Made by a program: the position numbers and the translations under genes | Notes under the pieces: generated by a model | The model's database searches: none | The model's input: the letters and a program-made list of their open reading frames with translations, nothing else | What the model was told of the DNA's origin: nothing | Assembly: GCF_018350175.1 (NCBI RefSeq) | Contig: NC_058368.1 | Location: 98,024,001-98,088,000 of the forward strand | Length of the DNA: 64,000 nt | Origin: Felis catus | Lineage: Eukaryota | Direction of reading: 5' to 3' | Shown: one piece after another, positions 25,790 to 37,623 of the stretch | Layout of the letters: every line of letters begins with the position of its first letter | How positions within the stretch are numbered: the stretch's first letter is position 1

Positions 25790-26440
25790 TCTAACTATTT
25801 TTATTATATTATGGCCAAATTTTATGTATTTGCAAAACCAGAGAGAATGATATAATAACTCAGTGTACCCATCCATATATGACCAATCCTGTTTATTTTT
25901 ACTCCTACCCTCTCCTCCCCACCAGATTATATTTAATCAGGTCCCAACCCATCACATAATTTCATACATAAATGTTTAAGTATATGTTTCTTTAAGATAA
26001 ATATTTTTAATTTAACCATAATACTATTTTCTCAGCTGAGAAATTAATAATTCCTTAATAGTATTCACACTTCACTTCTTGTCTTATTGGGGATTTTTTT
26101 TTCTTATAATTTATTTGTTCAAATTGGGATCCGCATGAAGTTTCTAATTGTCATTGCATGATACATTTTTGAATTCTCTCTTCATCTAGCGATTAATCTG
26201 GCTATTTTCCCCTCTAGCTCTAAAAACCCTGTTGTTTGTTTTGGAGAGTTTCCCACAGTTTGTTTAGATGTCGTCCTGTGCCCCCATGGTGTCTTAAATG
26301 GACTCATCTGCCCATTGCATTTTCTGCCCATTGCTAAATAGATCGAGAGACTTGATCAGTTGAAATTAGTTAATTGGCAGGAGCACTTCATAGATATCTT
26401 TTTATCAGTACGCGTATAGTATCTGCTTGTTTCTACCACT
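25790..26440 (-). mobile_element. Ancient L1MC-like 3'UTR fragment
   Basis: 'atcacataatttcatacataaatgtttaagtatatg', 'cataatactattttctcagctgagaaattaataattccttaata'. Confidence 0.55.
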
Positions 26441-26594
26441 GTACCCCCTGCCCCCACTCTTTAAATGACTGAACATCTTAGAAATAGCTTCTGTTCTTGA
26501 CAATGGGGATGCATGAAGCTTTTGGTAGGATCCCGATTGTATTGGCAGGACTTTTCTCTCAATTTCCGCACAGTTGAACTGTCTCTCTTTCTCT

Positions 26595-27390
26595 CTTTTA
26601 TCAGCTTTCTTGGAGTATAATTTACAAAAATAAAAATCCTACATTTTAGTTGAATAGTTTGATGAGTTTTGGCAAATGTGTGCATTCATGTAACCATCCC
26701 CACAATTGAGTTGTAGAACAATTTCATCATCCCCAAATCTGTTGTCCTTTTCCTGGGCACTTTCTTCTTCCTGGCTGCAACTAACCAGTGATCTACTTTC
26801 TGTCACTATAGATTAAAATTTCATATAGACAATTCAGAGTTTCATAAAAATGGCATTATATGGTATGTATTCTTTTGTGACTTACTTTTTCTTTTGCTCC
26901 GAATGATATCTGTAAGTTTTATCCATGCTATTGGGTATATAAGCAATTTGTTTCTTTTTATAATTGAATAGAACTCTGTTTTGTGGCCATGCCAAAATTG
27001 TTTATCCACTCACAAGTCGATGGACATTTGAATTGTTTCAGGGTTTTGGCTATCAAAAAGTTGCTACAAAAATTCCTGTACAAGTCTCTGAATGGATGTA
27101 TGTTTTCATCCTATAGTGTAAATCTTAGAAGTGAAATAGCTGGGTTGTAGTATTGGCATATATTCAACTCTATGAAAATGCCAGTTTTCTAAAATTATAG
27201 TTGAGAGATGTTATATTTCCACCAGAAATGTATGATAGTTCCATTGCTTCACATTTTTGCTAACATTTGGTATGTCAGTCCTTTTAATTTAGCCATCTCA
27301 TGAGTGTAGAGTGGTATCTTAATTTGATTTTAAAATTTGTTGCCTTGATGATTTATGATACTGACCATTTTTTTCAAGGGCTTACAGGTT
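26595..27390 (-). mobile_element. Old L1MB-like 3' end
   Basis: 'atcagctttcttggagtataatttaca', 'tttgatgagttttggcaaatgtg', 'gatggacatttgaattgttt'. Confidence 0.8.
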
Positions 27391-27737
27391 TTTTTTTTTT
27401 TTTTTAAGTTCTGTCTTTATTTTTACCTACCTACCAACATACTACCTACCTACCTATCAATCACCATCTGTTTACTTGTACTGAGGGAGAGAGAGTGATG
27501 GCTGGACCCATCTGGGAGGATGTTACTTGGTACCCCAGCTGACTCACCAGTGCTCTGCCCACTATATGATTGGAATTTGAATGTTTTTCTTTTGTGTATG
27601 AGCTCTTGGAATTATTTATCTTACGAGTCTTTGGTTGTTTTTTACCTTCCTCATGAAATGTAATCCTACACTTCTGTTGATGCACAAATTAGCCCTCAGC
27701 TCATATTCAAAGGAAGTTATGCAAATTTCTGGATGAC

Positions 27738-27875
27738 TCCTTCTCCTGCCTCTTTTCCTTCTTATCCCTCTTCCCTTCATCTCCCCTCCCCCACCCCTCT
27801 CCTCCTCTTCCTTTTCCTTCTTCTTTCTTAGTTTCCTTCTTTGCTCCACAACTTCCAGCCCTCTTATTCTCCCCA
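27738..27875. repeat. CT-rich low-complexity tract
   Basis: Almost pure pyrimidine on the + strand. Confidence 0.8.
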
Positions 27876-28065
27876 CACTCTGATCTTTGTTTCTTCAGAT
27901 TTGTAAACTTTTTTGCTGTGCTTGGGATTCTCTTTCATGATCCAGAAGCTTCTACCACATAATTGTCTTATATATTTTGTCCAGTTCTTAGTGGTTTATG
28001 GTATGGGGTTATGACCAAATGGCCAATAGCAAAAATCCTACAACTCCTTCTTTTAGGTATTCTTC

Positions 28066-28291
28066 GCTTTTTTTTTTTTTAAAGTTTATTTTTGAGAGAG
28101 AGAGAGAGAGAGAGAGAGCACATGAACCATGGAGGGGCAGAAAGAGAAGGAGACAGAGAGTCCCAAGTGGGTTTGTGCTGTCAGTGCAGAGCCCAATGTG
28201 GGGCTTGAACTCATAAACCGTGAGATCATAAACCGTGAGAGCTGAAATCAAGAGTCGAACATTCAAAACGACTGAGCCACGCAGATGCCCT
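28066..28291 (-). mobile_element. Can-SINE with an internal 15-bp tandem duplication
   Basis: TSD ggtattctt; tcataaaccgtgaga repeated at 28211-28240. Confidence 0.92.
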
Positions 28292-28904
28292 GGTATTCTT
28301 AAGCTTTTGATACTCAGATGAACCCTCAAAGGTTTGTTAGAATTTACTTGCTCTAAGTATTTTCTCTTCTCCTTTATCTGTGGTAGATGTTCCTAATCTT
28401 TATTTTTCTCCTTTTGGCATTACCTAATCTTTTCTTCATTTATTTTTGCAGAATTCTGGAATCTTTCTTCTCTGAAGAAATAAACAAAATTCAATATGAA
28501 TTCCTTCAATTTTATTCCACCATCCTGGTATGTCTGATAAGACATTCTGTTTCCTATTTTAAAGAACGGTGACCTCATATGACCAATATTCATGAGTTTT
28601 TTTTTTAACTGACCGTATCCGCAGAATTACATTTTCCTTACTCTGTCCTTGCATTTTCTCAATTACCCTGTATTCCAACATTTCTTCCATCTATTGCCAG
28701 GTCTTTATCTCGCCATTTACAATTAAGGCATCCTCTCCTCTCAGGTTTTTACCTGGCTGTTGGTGGCCAGTTTTCAGCTTTAATTCAGCACATTTATGAA
28801 CAACCCTCAGGGTAACAGTTATCATGGCTGGATCCCGCTACTGAATCTCTTTTCTTGTACCACTTATTCCTCCCAGTATTTCTAGGAATCATTTAGATTA
28901 GGAC

Positions 28905-29100
28905 TGCTCGTTCTCAGCTTTATTGTCATTTTTCAGATAATTCTTAGTTAAGGGAGCTGTTCTGTGTATTGAAAAACCCAGTGGCTCTACCCACAAGCTG
29001 TCAGTAACATGGGACTCCCACCCCTCAGGTGTGACACACTGTCTCCAGACTTTGTCACATGTATCCTGGGAAGCAAATCACCCTTGGTTAAAAAACACTG
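28905..29100 (+). mobile_element. MER20 hAT-Charlie MITE
   Basis: 'cagataattctt...ctctacccac...gtgtgaca...tgtctccagac...gcaaatcacccttggtt...cactg'. Confidence 0.8.
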
Positions 29101-29119
29101 ACTTACAACAACTTTCCGT

Positions 29120-29275
29120 GACTCTTTTCAGAGAAAGTTTTCTTAGACTCTGTTTTCTCAACTGTAAAATGAAGATAAGGAGACATATTTTCCAGGGCTA
29201 TTTTGGGGAATCAAGGTGATGCATGGAAGTTTTTAGCATAACATCTGCTCAGAAAATATTTTGATATTATTATAA
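29120..29275 (+). mobile_element. MIR fragment
   Basis: 'ctctgttttctcaactgtaaaatgaagataa' MIR core. Confidence 0.75.
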
Positions 29276-29836
29276 TAATTACTGACCTATCAATACACCG
29301 CTCCCCTGTCTTCTTACTTCTCAAATCCTATTTTATCTATTATGTGTGTATCTGCAATGTATCTTATTGTCAGTTTAGTTAACTTATCTAATGTATTATA
29401 TAGCATATGCATTTTACTTTGCATCCCTTATATACTAACTTCTCTTTTTCTTAAGTCTCCTTTTCCTAGGAAATGTTGATCTTTGTGAGTCTATTGTCAC
29501 TTCTTCTTCCCTTTACATTAAATTAATTTTAAAAAAAGTGAATCTACATTTATTGTCATAAAGCTTTTGTATATCTTTCTGTCTGGCTTCCGTTCCAGTC
29601 ACTTTACTGAAATTGCTTAGGCAAACATCAGCAATATATTTTTATTTAAAAATTTTTCTTATTCAAGTTAAACATACACATGGTTTACATAGATCAATTT
29701 TTCAAGACCTATGAGGAAGAACAAAAAACAGAAAATAAAAACAGCTATCTCTTCCTCCTCCACACCCCATCCCAATTCTCGCTTCCTTGAGTCAAACACT
29801 TTGTATTGTCTTAGATGATTCTTTAGGTGTTCACTC

Positions 29837-29955
29837 TGTGATTATATGGCAACTTGACTGGGACAAAGGATGCCCAGAAACTTGGTTAAACATTATTTCT
29901 GGGTGTGTCTGTACGATACTTCTGGAAGCGATTAGCATCTGAATCTGTAAGTAGA
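29837..29955 (+). mobile_element. MLT2 (ERVL) LTR 5' fragment
   Basis: 'caacttgactggg...atgcccaga...ggttaaacattatttctgggtgtgtctgt...gattagcatctgaatc'. Confidence 0.8.
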
Positions 29956-29959
29956 AAGG

Positions 29960-30185
29960 GGATCAAAGATGTAAACTTAGGAGGCTCAGACATTTAATAG
30001 GGTGGATTGAGGGCAAAATACCTGCAAAGACTGAAGATAAGGAAGTGGGAAAGTAGGAGAATGACGAGTATAAGATACCCAGTAAGCCAGGAGAATTACT
30101 TGGCAGAGGACTGAAAAATAAGCATTTTGATTTGCCAGGTGGGGGATCATTGGTGGTTTAAGCAATGGTAGTTGTAGAGTGGGTT
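29960..30185 (-). mobile_element. L2 fragment
   Basis: Purine-rich antisense L2 motifs 'ctgcaaagactgaaga', 'gaggactgaaaa...gatcattggtg'. Confidence 0.5.
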
Positions 30186-30889
30186 TTGCCAATGTTCTAC
30201 CTCTGATGCTGATTGTATCCTTGATCAGTCTTCAGATATCATCTAAAACACTTCTATGACAATGTCTCTAAGTTCTTGCAATATCTTGGGGGATATAATT
30301 GATGTGGTTTAGTGACCTGAGCTCCATGTTCTTTTAATGGAGACAGCAAGAGCTCATGTTTTCACAGTTTTAAATTTCACACCGTTGGGTTCCTGGAAGA
30401 TCTGTGTTGCTATTCTGGGTGGGTTTGATCTATTGCAGTAGCCAAGAGGGGGATAAACATACTGTGGCAAAGTTGCCACAGTGGTAGCAATGCAAACCCA
30501 CATCCAGCACAGCAGGCCCTAACAGTAGGACAGCGAGGCGTCATGGATTGAAAAACCCAAAGGTTATTTGCATCAGTTGCGAGCTCACTTGCACAGAAGC
30601 TACAGGTAGGTACCATCCCCAGGAAATTCTCAAGGTCAGAGCAACTTCTTGTAATCTACAGCTCATACTCTCACATATCTGTTCTCACTCACCCCTCTGC
30701 CTAAACTGTACCCTATTTATCCTTCTTTCTTCTGGTGATAAGAATATAAAAATTATGTGGTTTTCTCATTATCAGGACTTAGTCTTCAGTTATAATAGAG
30801 GCATTCTTATTGAACCATTCATGCTATTCTTAGAGGTTTTTATTTTTTATTAACATGAAGTACCAAATATTTCCAAACATGCATTCAAA

Positions 30890-31260
30890 GTGTCTTTCCC
30901 AGTACGTGACATATACTTAGGACTTGTCCTAATTACCTCCCCTACTACCTTGCAATAGATTTCCTTCTTGCCACTAATGGCTCATACCCAACACTTCCCA
31001 TATATTAGTTCAGTGAATCACACATTTCAGCCTTCAGGCTCCAGCCACTTCATTGTCTTGTTTGTTCGTCCATTTTTGGTTTTAAGGATTCTTTGATAGA
31101 AAAGACAAATGAAAAATGAGACTTAAGATGTTCTATGTTCTCTGTGCCATCTGTTAACATTATACCATCTGCTTCAAATACTGATCTAACCCTCATTTTC
31201 TGTGCATTTGAAATGTACAGAGTTTCTTTTTCTCCCTTGCATCCTTTGTGATTATGTAGT
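30890..31260 (-). mobile_element. CR1/L3 LINE fragment
   Basis: 'gaaaagacaaatgaaaaatgagacttaag...ctctgtgccatctgttaacattataccatc' resembles antisense L3. Confidence 0.55.
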
Positions 31261-31569
31261 CCAGAAACCCTCTCCTGCAGGTCCTTCTCCCTCCTTCTCC
31301 TTCCCTCCTCTCCTTCTCTCTCCCTTCTTCCCTTCTTGAGAGCTTCATTCTCTTGAACAACATTTTAGTATCTAAGACCAAGTGACCATATACATATTTT
31401 TCATAGGAAATGTTGGAAAACCTTATTTAAAAAAGTCCAGGATACCTGATCATCCCGGCTCATGGTTCCTTTCCTAAACTCTGTGTGCATGCAGGTATGT
31501 ATGCCTGTGTGCTCACTCTCAAGGACGTGAGGTGGGAGGTGGGACGGAAGAAAGGCAGAGACTAGAAGA

Positions 31570-32400
31570 TGTTGGTTTGTGTTCAGAGTCATCAGTCTTG
31601 AATGCTGACATCACAGTCATTCCCACATAGAAATTCTCATGTCATCCAAGACTTCCGATTTCTTATTCCTTGCATCCACTTAGTCTCAAACTGCTATTGA
31701 TTCTACCCCAGCATAACTCTCAAGACTGACCTCTGCCTTGGACTCTCCACTGGTACCCACTCCCGTGGTGTAGGCCCTCCCAACTCAGACAGTCCCATGG
31801 CTTTGGACCGCATAGGCCGATTTGCTCTAGTCCCTCCTTCCCATGTTACCCGGTCACTTGTCTTTTCCCACATTCCCTTTAGCCCATGACTGCCGCTGTC
31901 ATTGCTGTTGAGTACTTTAACAGCTGCCTAGATGATCTAGCCAGCACCAGGCCTCCTGTTTCCATAACCTCCTACACTTTAAATGTTTCCTCCACCTTTT
32001 TCAGCCATCTGCTCCCAGTCATCACCAGCCGCTTTCCCGCCTCCCTAATCTTGATTTCAAACATCTCAGTCTCTTATCACTTCTTATGTTTTAACTTCCT
32101 TGTTACAGTATTTCTATTCCAACAAGCCCCCCATCTTTATGAGGCTTTTAGTGCATTGACCTTATCTCTTCTTCACTAGCCTTGGTTTCCTAATTTTTCT
32201 GTTTTTTTTTTTTTCTCTCACATAGTCTGTTCACAGATAGTTTTCTGGTTCCATAATTGGAGACAGTGGCTGATTTATTTCTCTAAATGAGTAGAACTTT
32301 ACCTACCACATCAGATTCACAGACTGTAAGGTTTGAACAAGCTTGATTATTCCTCTTTATACTTTTTGAGGCCTAGGAATGAAAAGAAATGATCTTAAGA
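31570..32400 (+). mobile_element. L2 3' fragment
   Basis: 'catccacttagtctcaaactgctattgattctacc', 'cagactgtaagg'; pyrimidine-rich L2 character. Confidence 0.5.
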
Positions 32401-32737
32401 GAAGGAAAGAAGTTAGAGATTACAAGTGACTCAATATCCAGGCAGGATTTGGACCATGTGAGCAGAGAGAAGATGAATGATTATTTGAAAAATTTACAGG
32501 TGTAGTAATAGCAGCATAGAGCAAGTTTGTTTCTGGCTTAAATCCAGGAGGGTTATTCCTGTAAGCCTCCCTTTCATGAGGCCGGCTGGTTTCTGACTGT
32601 CATTGAATAAATCCAGATAAGTAGGGGCTTTTAGACTCCCCTTGGTGACTGTACCAAAGCAGAGGTAGAGACAAATTTAACCCTCTAAACGTTTTCAACT
32701 CATAGCTAAAAGTCATTCAAATATTTACATTTATTTA

Positions 32738-32850
32738 AATTTTTTCTAAGTTTATTAATTTTGAGAGAGAGAGAGAGGGAGCGTGAGTTGGGAAGTGGCA
32801 GAGAGGAAGGGAGAGAGAGAGAATCCCAAGCAGGCCCCACACTGACAGCA
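32738..32850 (-). mobile_element. 3' half of a Can-SINE, joined directly to the next SINE
   Basis: T-tail, (GA)n, 'gaatcccaagcaggccccacactgacagca'. Confidence 0.85.
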
Positions 32851-33045
32851 CGCCTGGGTGGCTCAGTCGGTTAAGTGTCCGACTCTTAATTTCAGCTCTG
32901 GTCATGATGTCATGGTTTGTGAGTTTGAACCCACATTGGGCTCTGTGCTGGCATTGCGGAGCTGCTTAGGGTTCTCTCTCTCTCCCTCTCTCTCTGCCCC
33001 TCCTGTGCTCGCTCTCTCTCTCAAAATAAATAAAAAAATAATTAA
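32851..33045 (+). mobile_element. Can-SINE
   Basis: 'cgcctgggtggctcagtcggttaagtgtccgactctt', (CT)n, A-tail. Confidence 0.92.
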
Positions 33046-33049
33046 AATG

Positions 33050-34020
33050 AAGGTTTGAATAGATACTTGACCAAAGAGAAATGGGTGGCAAAAATGCATA
33101 TGAAAAGATTTTCAACATGATTATTCAACATCATTTAAACATACTTAAAATCATTTTGCATTAGAAAAATTCAAATTAAAACCACAAGGACTCTTAACTA
33201 TAGAGAAAAAACTGATGGTTGGCAGAGGGGAGGTGGGTGCTGGGATGGGTGAAATAGGTGATGGGGATTAAAGACTACATTTATGATGAGCACAGAGTGA
33301 TGTATAGAAATTTTGAATCACTATATTGGGCACCCGAAACTAAGATAACCCTGTATGTTAACTATACTGGAATAAAATTAAAAACTTAATAAAAAACACA
33401 GTGATAATAATACAGATTACAAAAAAAATTAAAAGCTAACTCAATACAGTAAAAAATAAAACAACAAACCAAATCATAAGGAGAAACCACTACCTACCTA
33501 TTAGGGTAGCAAAAAGAATTCTAATCAGTCTTCGAAGTAACTAAAACTGTCATTCATTAATGTTGTGAATGCAAAATAAGCCCCGCCACTTGGAAGACAG
33601 TTTGATGATTTCTTATGCAGTTAAATGTACACATAAAATATGATCCAGCAGTTTCATTTCTAGGTATTTACCCAACATGTACATCTCTGTCTACACAAAA
33701 TCTACTTAAAGCCTGCATAAAAATCTCTGTATTGATGTTTGTAATAGCTTTACTCATAGTTGCACAAACTAGAAACAACCCACGTATCATTCCACTGATG
33801 AATATATATATAAAATATAGGTACATCTGTACAATTGAATATAAGCAAAAAAAAAGAATGAACTATTTATTGATACATGCAACAATATTGGTGAATCTTG
33901 AATATGTTTTGCTGAGTGAAAACCGAACTCAAAGGCTACTTAATGTATGATTCCATTTATTTAACATTCTGGAAAAGACAAAAGTATAGATAGTAAACAG
34001 ATGTATGGTTGCCAGGCCTG
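33050..34020 (+). mobile_element. Old L1MC/MD-like ORF2 end and 3'UTR
   Basis: 'catatgaaaagattttcaaca', 'tatgatccagcagtttcatttctaggtatttaccc', 'tgtatgattccatttat'. Confidence 0.75.
33188..33400 (+). mobile_element. Carnivore L1 3'UTR fragment inserted in the older L1
   Basis: 'gactcttaactatagaga...actgatggtt...gaaataggtgatggggattaa...ttaactatactggaat', similar to 53353-53545. Confidence 0.85.
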
Positions 34021-34024
34021 GCAT

Positions 34025-34950
34025 TCCTATCCATTGTATTTTTCTTCTCAGATATAGTAGTTTTCATTTCTATTAGTTTGGTGCCTTTTTTATATGCTAC
34101 ATTTTTCTACCTTTATAATGTAGAATATAGCTATTGGAAGTGTTTTAATGTCTTTGTCTTCTAAATCTAATATAGGTTTCAGTTCTGGGTCAATTACGAT
34201 TGATATTTTTGTTCTCTACAGTACAGATCATGTTTTCTTCCTCCTTTTCGTGCTTAGTAATTTTTGAATGGATTTTAGGCATTGTGACTTTCGTTTTTTT
34301 TCCAGGTCTTGATTTTAAGTTTTGTTAGGTGAAGCTTTGTTGGATGGCAGAGCAGTGTTTGTTCCAGGGATAATTTTGCTCCTCTGTTGAGGTAAGGTAA
34401 GGTCCTTTTGTGTGCTCTATGGGATACCCTATGAATCCAGAAGCTTTCCATTGTGGCTGGTGTGAATGGGCATTGTTCACAGATTCTGGGAACCCTAGGC
34501 ACTGTCACCTCTAACTCTTCCAGATGACTCTTCCTTCAGCCTTGGTAATTTCCTTATACATTCACACTGACTAATATTCAGCTGAAGGCACAAGATGATC
34601 ACATGCAAATCTCTGGAGTTACTTCACTGTGCAGCTGTCTTCTTTCTAGTACGCTGTTTTAGAAACTCATCTGCTTTAATATCCTTGAACCCCAACTCTG
34701 TCTTAGAGAATATACTTGTTTTGTTCTGAGTTTCTTCTCTGTGCTATGGGTTGGAACCTCTCTCAGCACAGCAACTGGACAGTCAATCACAGGTTCACCT
34801 CATTTGTTTCCTATCTCTCAGAGATTCCTGCCCTTTGTTGCTTGATGTCCTGTGCCTTGAAAATCATTGTTTTATATATCTTAACCAGTTTTTTTGATTG
34901 ATTAAAGTGAGAAAATAAGTCTGGTCCATTTTGGCCAGAAATAGAAGTCT
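34025..34950 (-). mobile_element. Old L1M 5'/ORF1 region
   Basis: Ends in 'ccattttggccagaaatagaagtc', an L1MC/MD-like 5' terminus in reverse. Confidence 0.55.
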
Positions 34951-35677
34951 ACAGTATTATGTTTTTGATACTTCTGGGGTTTCCTTCTTGTGTTTTATCA
35001 TGGGATTGATTAGGTTTTTCCTACATCAGGTTTTTTTTTTTTTTTTTTTTTAATGAAAATCCTTGAGAGGGCCAGATGGAGGTCAAGGTAGCATTCCAGT
35101 TTTATTGCGGTGCACAATTCAAAAGTTCTCTTCCTCCCTGTTGCCAAAAAACAGGCTGCTTCATTTACCTGTAGCTTTTACTTTCGATTTTTAAAATATT
35201 TTTCTCTTTTCTTTATCTTTCTTTTGCCTGCCTGTCTGCTGTACTTCACGGAACCAAACACAGTTGAAGAGAATTTCATTTGCTAGCTCATTTTAACCCA
35301 CTTCTTGCACTCCATGTATATCAAGAGGTATACATGGGAAAATATCAGTCGGAACTTCTCACTTTTAAAAATGCATTTTGAAAGCACTTTTAGGTATGTT
35401 CTCCATTATGAAGATTTCACTCTGAAGTTTTATTCAAATGTCCTTTCCATTCCTCTCCCTTAACCTCATCTGCTTTTGATAACCCTCACCTGCAGTTGAG
35501 AAACTGGGGATTATTCTGTCTTCATTGGAAATAGTGTTTGCATTAAAAATTCTCCTTATTGCTTTTGGATGTTTCCTACATGGAGAAGGTCAGATGCTAA
35601 TTTATGAAAACTTATTTGCTCATTTATGGAACTTGTCAGGGAGTAGGGTGATTAATTCAGTTTTCTAAAAAAACTGA

Positions 35678-35780
35678 GGGGCACTTGGCTGACTCAGTCA
35701 GTAGAGCATGGGACTCTTGATTTTGGGCTTGTATCTTCGAGCTGCATGTTGGGTTTACTTAAAAATAAAATATTTGAAAA
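35678..35780 (+). mobile_element. Short tRNA(Lys)-like Can-SINE
   Basis: 'ggggcacttggctgactcagtcagtagagcatgggactcttga...ttacttaaaaataaaa'. Confidence 0.85.
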
Positions 35781-37121
35781 ATTTCAAAGCAAAATTTCTT
35801 GATATGAAGGGGATGCATATGTTAAAATAATTGTGTTGAAATGCCTTTATTGAGATAAAGACATTTATCTAATATTAGCATATAAAAAATTAGGTTATAA
35901 ATAGTATTTGTAGCAGATACTATTTTGGAAAATATAATATATATATGCAAAGAACAATGAGGGACACTTTGCACTAAGCTGTTAAGTATGCACATATTTG
36001 AATATTGGACTTAGGAGTGGTTTTACTTTTCTGCTTTGTGATAACTTCTCCTTAGTAATTTTTAAACAAAAAATTAATATTTCTGATGTAAAATTGTCAC
36101 TGCTTCAAATGAGGGTATATACAGAGTTCATGACAAAAACATGGCAACTTAAAGTATAGATTAAGCATTATATAATTACTTAATACATACTTCCAAAAAC
36201 AGTATTCCAAATATACATATAGATTTACATGAGAATGTTGACATCCTGATCCTGTTAAATAAAAAATAGCAACAATTCTCATTTCTACCTATAACAGGTA
36301 TCATTTCTTTTTAAAAATATTATCACTGGGACAGTCTCATAGAGTTAGATTCACTAGGAATTAAACTTTAATGTAAATCACATTTTATTTTCTGCAAAAG
36401 ACTTGAAGAGAAAAAAGACATAGTGGGTCTTTAAAAATTAGTGTGGAGGTTGAGTGATGAGCTCTGTTACTCCTTCCAAAAATGTGATAGAGTCATGTTG
36501 TATAATGTGTATATCTGAGTTTCTTCCAAATGTGCAAAAAATATGTATACCCTACAACTCATTTACATTGTTTTTAGCTGTCTATCGATCTATCAATCTA
36601 TCTGTTGAATTATTTTCCATCAGCTGGACTGGCTGCCTGTGTAAGTGACAAGTGAACAAAGAACATGGAGTTCCCAGTTAGAATGTCAGCTTTCTCTTCC
36701 CTGTGTACAATTGTAGACCAAAAATGGCATTGTACCAAGATAGCAATAGTCCAGACTTGATTTTCAACAGCACTGTGACAACCTGGGGATACCCTTTTAA
36801 ACAGCCTTCTTTGTGTAGTGCGCACAAGGTGATGATGGTTCTTTGATTTGTAGCAGCTTCTGTCACTGCAAATCTGTGCTATATCAGAAGTTTGTCATTC
36901 CAGTTTTATCTGAGGCTTTTACTCTCTCCATTACCGCTACTGATGGCCCTGTGCCCAGCACTATGATTTTTAAATGTGTTTCTCAGTTTTTCCTAACATC
37001 ATTGTTCTTTGCTCAGTAGGTATCTATGTCTCCTTGATTATTGTGCAGACTGCACCTGTGAAAAGCGCCCACATCAGTCATTAAACACAATCAGGATCTT
37101 TGGAATTCACGTGTATCTGGG

Positions 37122-37212
37122 GTTCATTCATTCATTCATTCAAAAATTCTTATGAAATGCCTACTATATTTTAGGCACTGGGTATACACAGTTGAATAAT
37201 CTCTACATCAAA
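37122..37212 (-). mobile_element. L2 3' terminus
   Basis: (TTCA)n followed by 'tgcctactatattttaggcactgg'. Confidence 0.75.
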
Positions 37213-37623
37213 GCGTTCTAACCAAAGATGATTGGAAATACATCAGTAGTAAAATGAAGTGAATTTATTGCCTAATGGCAAAAAGGGAGACCACACACTG
37301 AGGAGAGCCATCAGGCTTCCTAATAAAAGGTGGTAAGAAGGATTTATTACAGGATTTATGCTTGTGTTGTGTGATTTTTTTTAACTTTATTTTTTATTTT
37401 TTAAAATTAACATCCAAATTAGTTAGCATATAGTGAAGCAATGATTTCAGTAGATTCCTTAATGCCCCTTACCCATTTAGCCCATCCCCCCTCCCACAAA
37501 CCCTCCAGCAACCCTCATTTTGTTCTCCATATTTATGAGTCTCTTGTTTTGTCCCCCTCCCTGTTTTTTATATTATTTTTGTTTCCCTTCCCTTATGTTC
37601 ATCTGTTTTGTCTCTTAAAGTCC

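Noticed and set aside
28451..28526. Possible exon (ttgcag ... CTG|gtatgt, ILESFFSEEINKIQYEF)
   Set aside because: 76 nt, peptide unrecognised, may be decayed CR1-like sequence; insufficient support.
35312..35337. 9-bp stem ccatgtata/tatacatgg (also an 8-bp stem near 62039-62058)
   Set aside because: Stems of this length are expected by chance in 64 kb; no pre-miRNA-length hairpin.
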